Positions 40,701-55,700 of a stretch of 64,000 nt of DNA are shown here, one piece after another. The notes beneath the pieces were generated by a model. It saw nothing but the letters and a program-made list of their open reading frames with translations, was not told the origin of the DNA and ran no database searches. Origin of the DNA: Perna viridis (taxonomy: Eukaryota); the NCBI GenBank assembly GCA_037379345.1, contig CM074512.1:36890001-36954000 (forward strand). The letters are read 5' to 3'. Every line of letters starts with the position of its first letter. The stretch's first letter is position 1. The position numbers and the translations under genes are program-made.

Positions 40701-43700
40701 ATGGTAAAAAATTGAATAGAATTAACACTCCATTAAATGTTCTTTCATACAGCAACAGTTCTAGCCAGATCAAACCAACCATGCCAGTCTATACAAAAAC
40801 ATGAATACATATCACAAAAATAAAAAAATTCTATAAAAAACTGCCATGAACCAGCATACCTCAAGGTGTGATTCTTCAGCCAGTGTACTCTCAAGAGAGG
40901 TAGCATAGGCACTGTCCCCATCATCCTCTCGCTGGTGACCGCTGAGTCTATCAGATGATTGTGCTGTGGTTATTGGTGGAACTTTCTTCGGTGTACTGCG
41001 CTTTGTTGCTGATCTTGCCAAGGCAGCTTTAGTGGGAATAGGGGATTCATCATCTTTACCTGTCAAGAAAAAAAGAATTCAGATGAAAATCATTTTTTAA
41101 TCTTTCCTTTCTCAAATCATGATAACAAAATGTACATGACCAATCTTTCAATTTTTTTTCATTCCAGTTTTAGATGAAAGAATAAGAATTAAAAAAGAGC
41201 ATAAAAAGTCCAAAATGTATGTAGAGATAATAGTAAATATGGTAAAGTCTTGGAAAATCTGGCCTTATTATTAGTTAAAATAATTACTGAAACTCAAATT
41301 ATAGTATCATAGTTCTGATCCTGTGAAAAAAAGTGAAAAACATACTGTTGTGGACAATTTTTCTCATTTCTCAAAAGTTAAAAAAAAACAAAAAAAAAAA
41401 AAAAAAACATGAAAATATTCAATGAATCATTCAGGACAACTCAGTAGTGAATTGTTTTTTTTTTAATGAGCCTGTAAGATAAGTAGGAGTACTACACATT
41501 TCAAGCACACAATCCAACTTCAGAATTAAATTCTATAAGCATATTTGTAATTCATTCAAAACAACTACAAAAGATTTAAATCTGCATGTTGTTTGATTTG
41601 CACTTTAAACAAAAAAAAGTTCCAAGTTTAATAAACTACAAAACATGAACTGTAAATTCTTCTAACTCCTGAATAATATGACCCTGGTTCACCAAGGTTT
41701 CCTATTTATTACTAAGAGGCATGCTTCTACCAGGTTATTCTTAAGTGTAGATCTATTATCACAATGAAACAAAATAAAATGCATAAGACATGTTTACATA
41801 ACACAGCCAATATACTTGGCAGGTTAAAGAAATATTATAAACAGTTCTATAGTAACTGGTGACTTTAATTACATCAAAAAAGTCATAAAGGAAAATGTGA
41901 ATAGTTCTACTTTAAAATTTACGAATGTACTTGAAGCCAAAACATTTAAATACTTTCTTAGAAGAAAGACGATTCATCGTGACTTACAAATTTTTCATAA
42001 TGAAGACAACATGAGAAAAATTTTGAACCATAGTAACTCTTGCAGCATTTGAGAAATAAGTCTGTAAATGACATCAGCAGGAAATCTGATAATCCAAGCT
42101 ATGAAAAGTAGTTTTAGACTGTTGACTTTTTTGTTAATCTATGTTTGCTTCTTCAAAAAAAAAAACAAAAAAAAATAGCTCCAGGTCAACAGGGAAAATA
42201 GTTTTTGGCAAGACTGTTGTGATGTTAACCTTCTATAGGAAGTGATTTTTAAGGGTTTTTCTGTTGACATTGGGAGTGTAACCAGCCTTACCTCTCCAAT
42301 AATCTTCATTGTATGTGTTAGGAGGGGTAACATCAGCTACAACAAAGTTAGTACAAGAGTTAATTCTACAAACACAGTTAGTGACTAAAAAATAAATAGC
42401 TAGAGTGGACATGATATATCCTAAAGGTAACATTAAGTCTGGCAAAATCACTTGGGTGAACTGTAACAAGGGTAATTCAAATTTTCTTTTTTATTCATTT
42501 CATGAAAATGTTTTAGTTATTTTATCAGTTCCGTCTACAAAATAATTTGATTGTTGGCATTATTGTTTTGATGTGTTACATCTAATAAGGAAGTGTCTAA
42601 AAATAAAGTAATTTTTACAAAAAATTACCCATATTACAGTTTTCATTAAGCAACAGATATCCTAATAATACCATAGAGTTTTAACAAAGATTATGAAGAG
42701 GCAACTAAACACTAACAAGGTAAAATCATCAATAATTAATCAGCACAAAATTCACTAGGGTATGAAAAAAAAGGGGGAGATTAAGTACCAAGAGGTCATT
42801 TACTAAAGCCATTGCAAGTATCTACTGTACATGATTATAACAAAGGTTATTTGTACTAATCATGTTTGTGTAAGTCCATAGACATGAAGACTACAATTAA
42901 ACTTCTGGATTTTTTTGTCTAAGCTAACTACACTCTATAACAACTGTTTGCTAGCATATCAAAACTAATCTTACACACTCTATTCTAAGGCTGGGGCTAT
43001 TAATGGGTATTTGGTATAACCCTCTGATAATCACTATTCAAAATATTAATAATGATATTTCAATAAAAAAAAAAATATCAAATTTAAGTGATGAAAAGCC
43101 AGCAATGAAAAAAAAAACATGCTAAAGAAGTATGCATAAAGCTATTCATAGTGTTGTCAAGAAGCAAGCCATCATTATTTCAAAAAATATATATCACAAT
43201 GATGGTAAATGACAAGATGGCTACCTTTCCTATCAGTTCATCAAATTTCCCATAAAAGTTTAATCAAAGGAATAGATGAAACAAGAGGGAAAAAATATAA
43301 GAATGAGAAAATTCGTTTTTCCAAACAATTTTGACAATCTACCAGTCCATCAGTTATTCAAGTCAAAGACCCACCTATATTTACAATCCAGGTGGAGTCT
43401 CACTACGTCTGCTTGTACTAAGTACGAAAGCAGTGAATTTAGCAGTACCACATAGAAACACCATTCTGTCAAGAGTGTTCCATTATTTTTAGAGCAAAAT
43501 CTACAAACTGTCTAGATTAGGATCATAATCACTCGTAACAACAATGGAAAACCATGAAATTAACTCTGTCATGTTGTTTTTTAATTAATGTTTGACATAC
43601 AATACAAGATTATGAACTTATCAATTAAAAGTAAAATGGACTAATATAAGGAGCTAAATTTAAAATATAAAATTGGGCTAATGATTACACATTATGTCAG

Positions 43701-46700
43701 TCATAGTTGTTGTATCTGATTCTAGGGGATTAATCAAATATCAGTATCAGAGATCACAATGGCACAGCATTGCACCAGATTCAGATTGGCAAAAGTGATT
43801 GATCACAACTTAGTGTAAAACACTCGAAGAAAAAGAATAACTCAGTAAGAAAAACACCTTATATCAACTGGCTTACTAAAATAAATGACATTTTGAATGA
43901 GTTTCAGACAATCACTTAGAAAGTGTACTAGTTACACAATGCAACTCAACTTTTAATTATTAGGAACTCATGCTATCAATTCATAAACACACTAACATAC
44001 TGATAGACCGACATTCAGAACTGCATTACAAACATCTTATTAGATTATTTTTTTCTCCAAAAATGTACACTAATCAAATGTAGTCTGCATTTGCATCGCT
44101 TCTAATGAAAGTTTAGTACAAAATCTTAAAAAAAAAATAAATAGAAATTTGCCTATAATGATCAAATTAATCCTGAATAACATATTTTGTCTACTGTCTT
44201 TGATCGAATCCATACTTTGGGACAACTATAAACATGGAGGAAAGATAAGTCATAAATTTATATGGAATTATTTCTTAAGAAATCCTATACACAGCTGGCA
44301 GCATGGTCTTAAACATAATTATTCAGTAGTCTTTCCTCAAATTCCTATTTTTAGACATTCTACTTGGGCATTATTTGAATGAGTAACAGGCACTGTGATA
44401 GTTAATATCAATTTGAACAATAAATTGAATACAAATAGGAACCAAAGTTCAGATTAAACAGTATAGTCATTCTAATTACAGATTTTAATTTATTTAGTAT
44501 TTGTAAAATGGAAATTCTTCAAATATTACAAGACATGGTTCACCCAGTTGCCAAGTTTCTTTGAACAACTTCTATTACTGAGTGTCACCTGCACAATGAG
44601 GGGCATGATAAAATGCACATCCAATTATGGCCATATCAACCTGTATTTGTTTCTAACAAATCATAACATATACAAATATAATTTCTCCTTATTGAAGATG
44701 TCTACTCAAGATGCAGTCATGGTGAATGGGAAATTTAAACAAAAATCAACAATATCAACTACTCAATTGACACAAAGAATGCTATAAATAACAAGTTATG
44801 TACCTATAATAGGCTAGGGGAAATGAAACAATATTAGGTCATAGAAGTTCAATGGGTTCAACCATTTAAAAATCTGTCTTTCTTCTTTCTTAATAAAAAT
44901 CTAAGCCAGTTATCTTGTGAACTTAGTTAACTACAAGAAAGCAAAATTATGACTCAACATAGCATAAGCAAAATAGCTCATTAAACAATTAAATGGAACT
45001 AAAAACTGAAGTGCAAGACTGGTCAACCATGTGTTAAGACAAAATAGTTCCAATACCAAAATAATAAAGTACCTTTACCCCATACAAGTCAAAGCAAGAT
45101 AAGAAATTCATCTACAAATTATTATTCACCAATTGAATTACTAAAAAAGCACTTATTGCTAAATGAATAAAGACCAGAACAAGAATTTACAAGCTAAGAT
45201 GACATTCCAGTTTACTGTGAAATGCACCCAATTCACTGCTTATTAAATTTCACTTAAACATCAAATTTATTAACTTCAAAATTAACTGTTTTTCTAGGTC
45301 TACTTAATATAGAATTTATGAGTATAGTTTCCCATTATAATAAGTTCCTTGACAGTTGGTGTCTTTCATCTGAAGTTATAAAATTTGTAAAATTGTAGAA
45401 ATGGAAATCCTACATCCTTTAAAGTAATCTACAGATAAAGAAATAATTTATTTTCTGCATGGGGGAAAATTAAGTGTTTTTACTTGTAGCAGGATCCTAT
45501 TAAGAGTTGTTATTATATGTTGTTGCGAATATACCGAAGTTCTGAAAATGTCGAATGTATATGTATGGGTCAAATGTCATTAATGGATTATGCAAATTAA
45601 GCTAAAATTTATTTTAAAACTTGCATTAAAAAGCTACATGTTCAGAGAGATGTGTTCAAAGTTAAATTTTCCATCAAATAAATGTGCATCAAGATTTTTT
45701 TTTCATATTTGCATTTACATTATTTCCCAAACCATTTTGAACACATCTCTTAACCATACTAACTCAAGCAAAAACCACACAGAGTACAATATAACACACA
45801 GCACAAAAATGTCTGTAAATCAAGACATAAAAAAAGACCATATGGTATCTCCAGACCTTATACTTATATTTACATATATATGTATATATGCATCAATTCG
45901 TAGCTTGCTTGGTCTGGCAAATTAAGCGCTGGTTTAAATCACATGCTATACACACTTAAAAAGTTCTAATGTAATACATCATTTTCAATTTTTTTTTTCA
46001 AGTGCTTCATTAAAAAAACATTATCATGTAACAGTACAAATTTTGACAACCATAATTTTAAAGACTTATCAACATCATTACAGTTTTTAAAATTTTTCAT
46101 TTGTGGCTTCATTTACTTAGAAATGACCCAGAAAATGAAGCTTTAACTTTGATAGCTGTAAAAAAATAAATGCCAAAATGTTCATATTATGGATTTTAAG
46201 TAGATTTCAATTCTTATAAGAAGTACAAAGTAATCTATCAAAATTTAACAAGAATGAAATTGATGCATAAAAGTGAACTTTAAAATAAGTAAAAATCGCA
46301 CACCTATAATATTGTGCATGCAATTTATACTTACGATTTCCCGAGACTTCGAGAAATGGTCGAACATGTGGTTTAAAATGACTGCTATGGTTGGATTTGA
46401 CTTTTGATTCTGATAAGAGAAAAGTGATGAAATACAACAATCCTGACCAAAGCTTCTGTATACCAGTAGTTACATATATTTATACAGAGAAAACCTTGAC
46501 AGATTTTGTACTGAACTTTCCCAATAACTATGCAGCAAGGAAAGTCATACAAACAAAAGACAAATTTTTAATACTTTACCCTAACCTTATCTTATCTACA
46601 ATGTACATATAAGACTACTGCACATGTATAACAAAACCTACATCAGTCTGTAAAACAATAAAAAATATCATAAGAAACTTAATATAATGATAAAGAGCAC

Positions 46701-49700
46701 TGTTTTATTTAGACTTCACCAGTACACTCCCTGTCTACTGGTAATTTACCAGTAACTGATTTTCTTAAATCATAATTTATGACCTCTTACATATAAGGCA
46801 AACAGCTCAATGCTACCTTTTCATTTAAATATTCATCAAATATTTTAAAATTAAAATCCTACTCTCAGTTTCCAAGACTAAAATACTTGGTCAAGAGAGA
46901 ACAATCCAATACTGGTGTACCCAACCAGATCTCTATCACTAAATCTCTTCCAGTTATTCTTTTCATTACAGATTCCAATTATAAACTCACAGTATTTAAT
47001 AGCCTTCAAAGAGATAATGCACCATAAGAATTGAATGACTTGTTACAAAAAGACAAGTAGGAAACAACAGGACAACCTCGTGGACTTTTTATATTATGTC
47101 TAAAGGAGCAGAAATTAAGAGGAGTTTCTATTTTCAATCTCATTGAATTACTGTTAAGAAATGTTACAAAATCCATCAAGGCCTTTAAAACCAAAAATAA
47201 ATTTGCACTGTCAGATTGTATTAATACTTCTACATATTCACCAAATTAAAAAAGTTTCAAAATAAGATTTTAAAATACAAATACATCGCTGAGGTAAGTA
47301 TCAGAGCAAGATATCAGAACAAAACAAGTGCTTTCAAGATCTTAATCTCCTTTCTTTAACACAGAAAATCACTTTGAATGTTTGTGTCATGACACAAAAT
47401 TTTGACTCTACCAGCAAATAGTCTTGTGTACCCCAGAAATAAGAAATCTTAAAACTCCAACACTTTAGAAAGATGTAAATTTTCAATATTTTTTCCTTTA
47501 AATCAACCAAACACAAGAATTAAAGAGACAAATTTAGAGCTTTTACAGAGCAAAGGTTCCCTACCCCACTTGGGAATATCAAAACTGCTTGGTTTTTGTG
47601 TAAACTTAGGGCTAAGAACTAAGACTATTAAAGAGGGAAATATAGACTACAAAAACAGATATACTTGTTACTGAGTTCTGTGGACTTAACACAGAACTTT
47701 CAAATGACGGTGTATCTTATTCACACGGAATACTTTAAGATTATAATTCAATTAAAGAATTCCAAAATTACTTAGATCATGTTGGTCTTTTTATTAGGAA
47801 TTTTAATATTTCATTTAACCTGAGTGTATAACATATTAGGAAAAATTTTCTCAATATAAAAAAACACCCACATTTTAATGTCTTGCTAAAATTCCATTCT
47901 GTCAAATTGTGTTTGTCATAATTGTTTTACTTACTACTACTTAACAAATTAAATAATTTACTTAAAACAGTTAACCTACTCATTTAGGGCTTAAATTTAA
48001 AATATTGGTAAAAAAAACATGTAATGTATTATCAAAACAGAGATGAAATGCAAGTGGCAAGGAAGAAGCAGATATGGACAAAATCTGAAGTGAAAATATA
48101 CAGTACAATAAAATATGAATTGGGACAGTAAAATTAGGATTAGGGGCAAATTCCCTTTAATATCACATCAACATAATTCTTTAAACATTAAAAACTTCTT
48201 GATTAATAAAAAGAATTTTAAAACCAATTACCCCAAATATTGAAGACATAAATAGACAATACTGGACAAGTGAATTAGTTTTAACAGTACATTATTGTTG
48301 ACTTAGTAAATCTATAATCTTAACTTAAAGTCTTGTTAAGGTGGTCAGTAAAATTTCTAGATAAACACTCAGATACCACTTCAAATGACAATATGGACAT
48401 GACTTTATTCCTTTCTAATCCACCCCCAGTTCAAACATGAAAAACCCCCCAATAAAAATTCAAACTGTAATGGTCAAATATAATGCAATCTGTTTTGTTT
48501 GTAGTTATTGAGTTGTTATCAATCGCATAATATCCTAAAATTATGACAGCTACCTACCCCACTTTTTATAAAAATAATTTTATGCATGAATACCACATCT
48601 CTTAAAAAAAATCACATTTAAAATATCAATTATGATTAAGTATTTTTAATTGAAAGCGTAATCAAGTCTCTATTCAACAGTTGTCTTGTTAAATATAAAT
48701 CAAGAAGAAAAGTCTATTGCTGAAATTTTGAATCACTACATTGACGTGATTTCTTCTTTTTAATCCTTTCTTTGTAGTGAGTTCTTCAGTAATCTGAATT
48801 GCTGTAGCTATGGATCTATACAAAAGGTAAGGTAACCAAAAATGTGTATTCAAATTAATTCTACCCTTACTGACTAATTAGCATTTGACATTGTTGGAAT
48901 GCTAAAATTAAACAGGTTTTGCACCAAGTGAAGATGAGAATTTTTAATCTTTGCTAAAACAGTTTATATATCAACTGACATACATGTATATTTGACCTTT
49001 TCAGTGATATATCTTAGAGTATGAAGCATCAAAGAAATGGCATCCTACATAAATGTTATCTTACTAGTTTTACAATTAATAAAATGGGATTTTGTGCTAA
49101 AATTGCTACCCAATAGACTTCGTGGGTTCCGATATTGAATCAGACTGTATGAAATTCTTCATTTTACAAGATACATTTTTGTATCAATAACATGTCCATA
49201 TTTATTTGTAAAATTAAGGTAAAACCATTATTTCTATAGTTTCATTTAGCTTTTTTTTTCATATAAATAAGTGCATTAAATTATTCACAATTAGTGCACA
49301 ATCAATTTATCTATTACAACATATACAAATAAATGGATAATTACCTTTCGAGACTGAACAAACTAGTCCCATCCCATAACCAAAAGTCATAATTACTCCA
49401 CAAGGTACATTCTACAAAATCTCAGATTCACAAGTTCATGAGAATCTGCAAGTTCTTATCACTTTTCTGCAATTATGTGATTTTTGTATTACTCAAAAAC
49501 TATGTTCCCAATCCTGTAACTATATTTCTTATTGTATTGTACTTTCTGTATCCAAGAATTACAAACGGAAAATAAACAGACAATTAAGTAATTTTCATTA
49601 ATCTTGTTTCGATCCAGCTAACCGTGTTACCAAATGGAGTCAATGAATGCAAATTATCCGTATAGTTAGAATTGTAATTTTCCTCCCTCTTCTGAACCAA

Positions 49701-52700
49701 TCAAGCATGAATTATTACAGTAGAACCAATTAGAAATCAATATCATCCCATATAGAACTCTTTTCTCTAGAGGTAAGGAAAGTCCCTCTTACACTGATCA
49801 CCTTCAATACAAAAAGAACTGTTGATATTGTTAACATTTACTTTTATCTTCGTAAATAACATGTTTAAATCCCAGGATCCACCTGAAAACCGTGATTTAA
49901 ATATACACCTAATCAAACACTACAATGGTCAATTTTTATATTAAGCACAGAAACTACCACAACAGACTGCCATACAAATAGCAGAACTAAGTAAAGCATA
50001 ATTCCTATCTTTTTGGTAACATTACAGGCAGATTCAGTTCCAATCAAATCTTCAACCAGAAAAAAATTCCTATGATTCCTGGAGATCAATTTACCATATT
50101 TGACTTCCACAGAATCTACACAATAGGCTTAGAGACATGAGACAATGAATTTCAATATAATGAAACTTAACAGTGTAACATATGAAGTTATTAAATTTCT
50201 GAAAACAGTGTTAAATGTAACAAAGAAGCATAAAAATATAACACCAGTTCATATTTCCTACTCATTTGAATATACTCTGGAATTTCAGGGGAAGGTCTTA
50301 AGCTGAATTTTATCGTATTTCATATATTAATTCTGTAACCAGAATATTTACCTCACTTTAAAAATTGTAAATAAGGATTAATTCTTTCAATCACAAATTA
50401 AATATCGCCTGAATATAGCTGAAATATTGTTGTTCGGGTGTTAAACCCCAACAATCAATCAATCAATCAATCACAAATTAAATATCGCCTGAATAGAGCT
50501 GAAATATTGCTGCTCGGACATTAAACCCCAACAATCAATCAATCAATCACAAATTAAATCTGACCTTTGCAAAAAAGCTATGGTTTGACTTATTTATTGC
50601 ATTACTTAAAGAAAATGGATCTCATGCTGGAATAGAACCAAGTTAAGGATACAATGACTGAAGAAACTTCATTATGACCAAATACAAAAAAGGGGCACAC
50701 ACGCACACACAAAATAATGTAGGACACAACAAAGTGACAAGCTCCTTCTGATCAAGATTAAAAAAAAATAATATAAAACATCAAAATAAGTAATAATAAC
50801 TTGTTGACTTTGATAGTATAACAGCAGAGATCTTAGTCAGGACTTGAACCCATCACCTTTTGTCATTAACCATATTTAATTCTTAAACCCACATTGAGAA
50901 AATATCAAATTTGTAGTTAATCTGGTATTTGATCCAGTACCAATTATCTCTCTCCTCTGAGATTTCTACACAGCTAGGATACCTCATACAAAAGTTTGAA
51001 ATTTGTCTACAATTTACAACCCAACATTCCAACAGGTAACAAGCTTAACTTTCAAATAACAATACCAAATAGTGAAATATTAAATGTAAAATGTTTCCAT
51101 CACTTGGTTGAAAATGATCCAGATAAAGTAGTGGCAACATAATTGAGTCCTTATTCAAACAGCAAATAACCTCCAGCAATGTGAACCTTACTAGTAATAC
51201 AGCTTTAAAATCTGAGGCATATTCTAGATTATTTTGATTGTTTTTTAACAGTTAAAATTGCATTTAGAGCTTTTAACTCAAACACAGAAATTTACCATTT
51301 CTTGTCACAATATCACTTCATTCTGTAACACAAGGCTAAAGTTAAAAATAAAATATATGCCAGTATATGAATACTAATACTGACCAATCTGATACATGTA
51401 GCTGAAAGTAATAAAGGACAAATGCTTTATAAGGCTACTCTATGCAAAATTTATATAAATAACACACTCTTTAGATTTTGAGGAAAATATATAGTGTTTA
51501 TACACTATCCCTTTATCATTAGGGAAATGAAATATGCCAAGCCGAGGAAAGCCAATGGCTTGTTAGGTCAGAAGTTAGTGACCAACATAAATTTGACCAT
51601 CTTCAAATAAAAGCTGTCTGGAGGTACTTCCTGGTTGTAATAATGAGATATCATCTTGGCAACCTTTTATCTAGTTGTAACCTATGTTTGAAATCCTACC
51701 AATATTCACCACAATGATGAAAAGAGACAACACAAATGGAGGGATTGGTAACCTATTAAAACACAGTAACCCTAGTTATAAGTGGACAGCTGAAATGAGA
51801 AATAAGATCTACTCATACCTATAAGAGCAATTTTAATAAGTTAAACAGTGCCAAATAAACAATATGTCAAGATTGAATAGCATTTTTTCAATGTCCAAAA
51901 CAGACCCCCTTCCACCATAATGGTCTCTGATAATGATTTAATAAACAGTTCATTACATGTTATTAGCAAGCTAAATAAACTCTAAGGTGGTACAAATGAA
52001 ACCCTTCATTGATCAAATTTCTTTTCACATGACATTAATGAAATTTCTCAGTCCATTTATCAATCTGAAGACCTAACACCCGAAAAAGAAGCATTCATTA
52101 AAGATGTCATTACTGGCATTCAAATATCAATAAAAAAAATCCTTACTAAATTAACAATATTGCGGGGTTCACAGTGAACACACCTAATATTGTGTCAACA
52201 TCACAGCTGTTGTGATAAATATAGATACAAAAGATGAAGAATGATGTAAGAGTACTCTATATATCTCTAATTTAATTGTCTTAAAGCCAGAATTCTGATT
52301 AAATATTCAATGACTATTACAGTACTGAATAGCCATACAAATAGGAAAAAATCAAAGGCAGATAACTCCTTAAAATTTGAAAATTATCAAGAATAAAAAA
52401 AATGCAATCATTCAATAATTAAAGTAATAATTGTTTTTTATGTAGATTTTAGTTCTGACTTTTCTTTTCATCATATACATGTACTATAATATTGAGTCAC
52501 TTGTATCTAAGTAATTGCACCATTTGAAATATCATGTAACTACATGTATGTAATCACATGCTTTTAAAATTTATTACTTTTTTTTAAAGTTTTTTGCTGC
52601 CATAATCTTGTATTATACTACATAACTGATGAACTGACAAGTTTGATGTCAATTAATCCATAAAATGAGAAAAAAATAACATAAGAAAAGATATAGTAAC

Positions 52701-55700
52701 ATAATGACATTGTGATTTTACATGATTCTGGTTTAAATAACTATTAAAAATTGAGAATTATCTAATTAATGTCAAAAATGAATAGCTATCATTTGTTGTA
52801 CTGTAACTGACACAAATATGACACAACTTGCATATGATCAAACTTTCCTATTTACAGTGAAAATTACATAGTAATACTTTTTAATGCTTTGTCCTCAAAA
52901 TTTAAATGACGATCTATTGTCAAAGCACAGAAAAGATTATAGGGTGTTGCTTAAGACTCACTTTGTTACACCTAAATGTTTCTTGTATCTAATGTCTCAA
53001 GTAATATTTCTTTCAGACATAATTTTATTGAACGAATTGTGATTGAATTTACTTCAAGGTTATTTTCTCCCACGTCAATCTATGCTGCTATGTGCATGTG
53101 AGCCCAAGTTTGACTTCCCAATAGAAAATTCTCAAAATAAAGTTTCAATGCTGTCTTTAAAAGAATATAAGGAAAATGAATATGGTGAACATGTCAAAGA
53201 GACAATAACACCATCAGGAAGAAAATGTCAGTTCAAGGCCACAATATTAGGTGACCATGAGGCAGCATTGTTTGTTGCTTCAATACAACAGCAAACTCAA
53301 ACCTTGGCTTTGATTACTTTGTTGAAGAATACATGTCTAGGCTTAAAAACACCAGAGGTTTTTCATAATTCTGCCTAAAGTGAAAATTGTCTTTCAGTTT
53401 AAGGGTTCTTTTATCATTACTTTTTGAAAGACTGACTTTTTACTGGAATTCTATACATGAAGTATGATAATAGTTCAGCCCAATCTGATAAAGTCAAAAA
53501 AATGTTGCAATTGAATGATGGAATGAATGCTCATATAAAATCTGTATGGGAGGAGTATACAAATAAGTTCCAGCCAGCCTATGTGCACTTACATGGCTAA
53601 ATTTACCATATAACAGGACATACATGTATTGGCTGATGATCAATTCGATAGCCGGTAAATAAGATGCTAGATACTTCAGAATAATTAACAAGGAATTATC
53701 ACTGACAAAAACAGTAGACAACAGAAGTGACACAATCTGATGGATTCCTATATACATGTTACTAACACAAACTCCCAATACACCAATTCAAAATGCCTAA
53801 ATCTGTCAGTTCAAAGACTTGTATACTTCATGGTTGATCAGCGTTTTACTTCATTCAATCTACTGATAAAACTAACACAGAACCTATCAAATATTTATAA
53901 TGGCTGGTCAATTAACGTAATTGCAGTGCTAGAATTTTAATGGCCGACTCAATTCCCCCTTGCGAATAGTGCTTGCCTGCAACAAACTCATAAATAGTGT
54001 TGTTTTCAAGCCAAGTTCTTAATCAATCCAATAACATGAAAAATTGAGTAAGGTAAATTATTTATTCTAGTCCCTAAGCAGTGTGACATTAAATGATTCT
54101 ACTTCAACCCAGGACAATCTGAGACAATGCCTTCCTGTTCTAAGCTTAATATAGATAAAGACAATAAGACTACAGAACACAAAGTGACATTAACCTCCAA
54201 TCACTGCCTCATAAATATTTTCATTAATATCAACACACATCAATATCGTCAAAAGAGATGTCAACTATCATAATACTACAATATCACAATCCTGGCAGAA
54301 TGCTTAACCAATTAACATCCGCTCCCAGCACCCTATAGAAACCCATATCTGAAATCAATCACTAATTGAGCAAGACTCTGCAAAAATGAATGAAATTTAC
54401 CAACAAAAATCGAACATTCACTGGAGCAAGGAGAAGAATTCATCTATGAATTGAATTTAGAGCATTTAAACAAATTGAAGGTTACAGCAGTCACGTCACC
54501 GTCATACCTTGTTTTCTGATGATCTGTCGATGGTAAGGTAAACTGTGTTGGAAGTAAACAGTACAGAATGTCTTAGAGCAATATTTGTCATCAAATTTAA
54601 AATCTAATCAATTTTCAAGTGCTACTTGTTCAATCAATTTAGTCACATGCTTTCAAAATCTCAGCTGGAAATGTCCAAAAGTGGAAAATAAATTGGCTCA
54701 CTGCATTATGATTTTCTTCCTCACCCCATGTTCATATCATTTTTTTTGTTAACTGACTCTCCACAATGTTTACTATATTTATGGCTTACAAACAAATTAT
54801 TATGTGAAAGCTGCAAGGTCATCTGTTTGCAAATACATTTGAATTAATTAAAAGCAATGTAAGTAAATATTTAGTTTATAAAGAAATGTTTAGTAACAAT
54901 GTGTGAATTACAACTGTAAAAAGCAGTTAGTGCTTAATGAATCAACATATGAGCAACTGGTACAAACATACATGTATAAATTGGGAGTTATATAAGTAAG
55001 AAAATTAAAGGGATAGTTTTAATGGATTAAAAAATTATTAAAAAATATGAAACATAGCAAAAGGAGGTCAAAAGGACAATTCAGAGAACTGAAGGGTACA
55101 AAACATAACAGCTACAAGGAAATCTAAATAACTGTAGAAAACAAGAAAAATGAAAGCTGTATTAGGATGTCTACAGGTGAACAAAGGTATGGGCCACCAC
55201 CTCTAACATCAAAGCAGCCTGCATTACCTCTTTCTGTTTCTGCTAAATCTAAACTTCCCAGTACACTGGAGCTAATTTTCGTACTTTGAATCTTCTTTCT
55301 ATTAAGGTAGTTCTGTGTGTATGAGCCTATGAGACAATAGCAAAGCATTGTGAATTAGTTAAGTGCAAAAGTGTTCAAAGCATTCATTAACATGTGAAAA
55401 CAATAGAAAATCAGCAAGAAAGTGCCTGCTTATGGTAATTTCCAGCAGAGTTAACTATTAAGTAAGTTAAGCAAGATTAATTTCACAGAAAATAATATTT
55501 GAACTCATGAAAGCAGATCAGTCTTTTAACTTGCAACTAGCTTTTATATTCAACTGGAAATGTGCAAAATAATCTGTTTTTATTATATTTTTATCTTAAT
55601 AAGCTTTTGCTAAAAGCAGACAAAACAGAAATCCAGCCGTAACTTTTCACAGGGGTATGACAATGGAAGGTTTCTAGTCATATAAGAACCATAAGAATGT

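Noticed and set aside
43385-43417. 33-nt segment reading TSRRSETPPG
   Set aside because: That frame needs phase 2 but neighbours are phase 1; donor weak
50983-51006. 24-nt exon-like segment
   Set aside because: Stop in phase 1; poor acceptor; fits only inside the already speculative 35+67 pair
51810-51835. AG|GT recursive-splice-like site (ctcttatag|gtatga)
   Set aside because: Introns here are only a few kb and one instance is expected by chance
53494-53778. ORF listed as MGVCVS..., resembling a myristoylation leader
   Set aside because: Start codon is TTG, not ATG; no phase-matched donor seen; remainder looks like translated AT-rich intron
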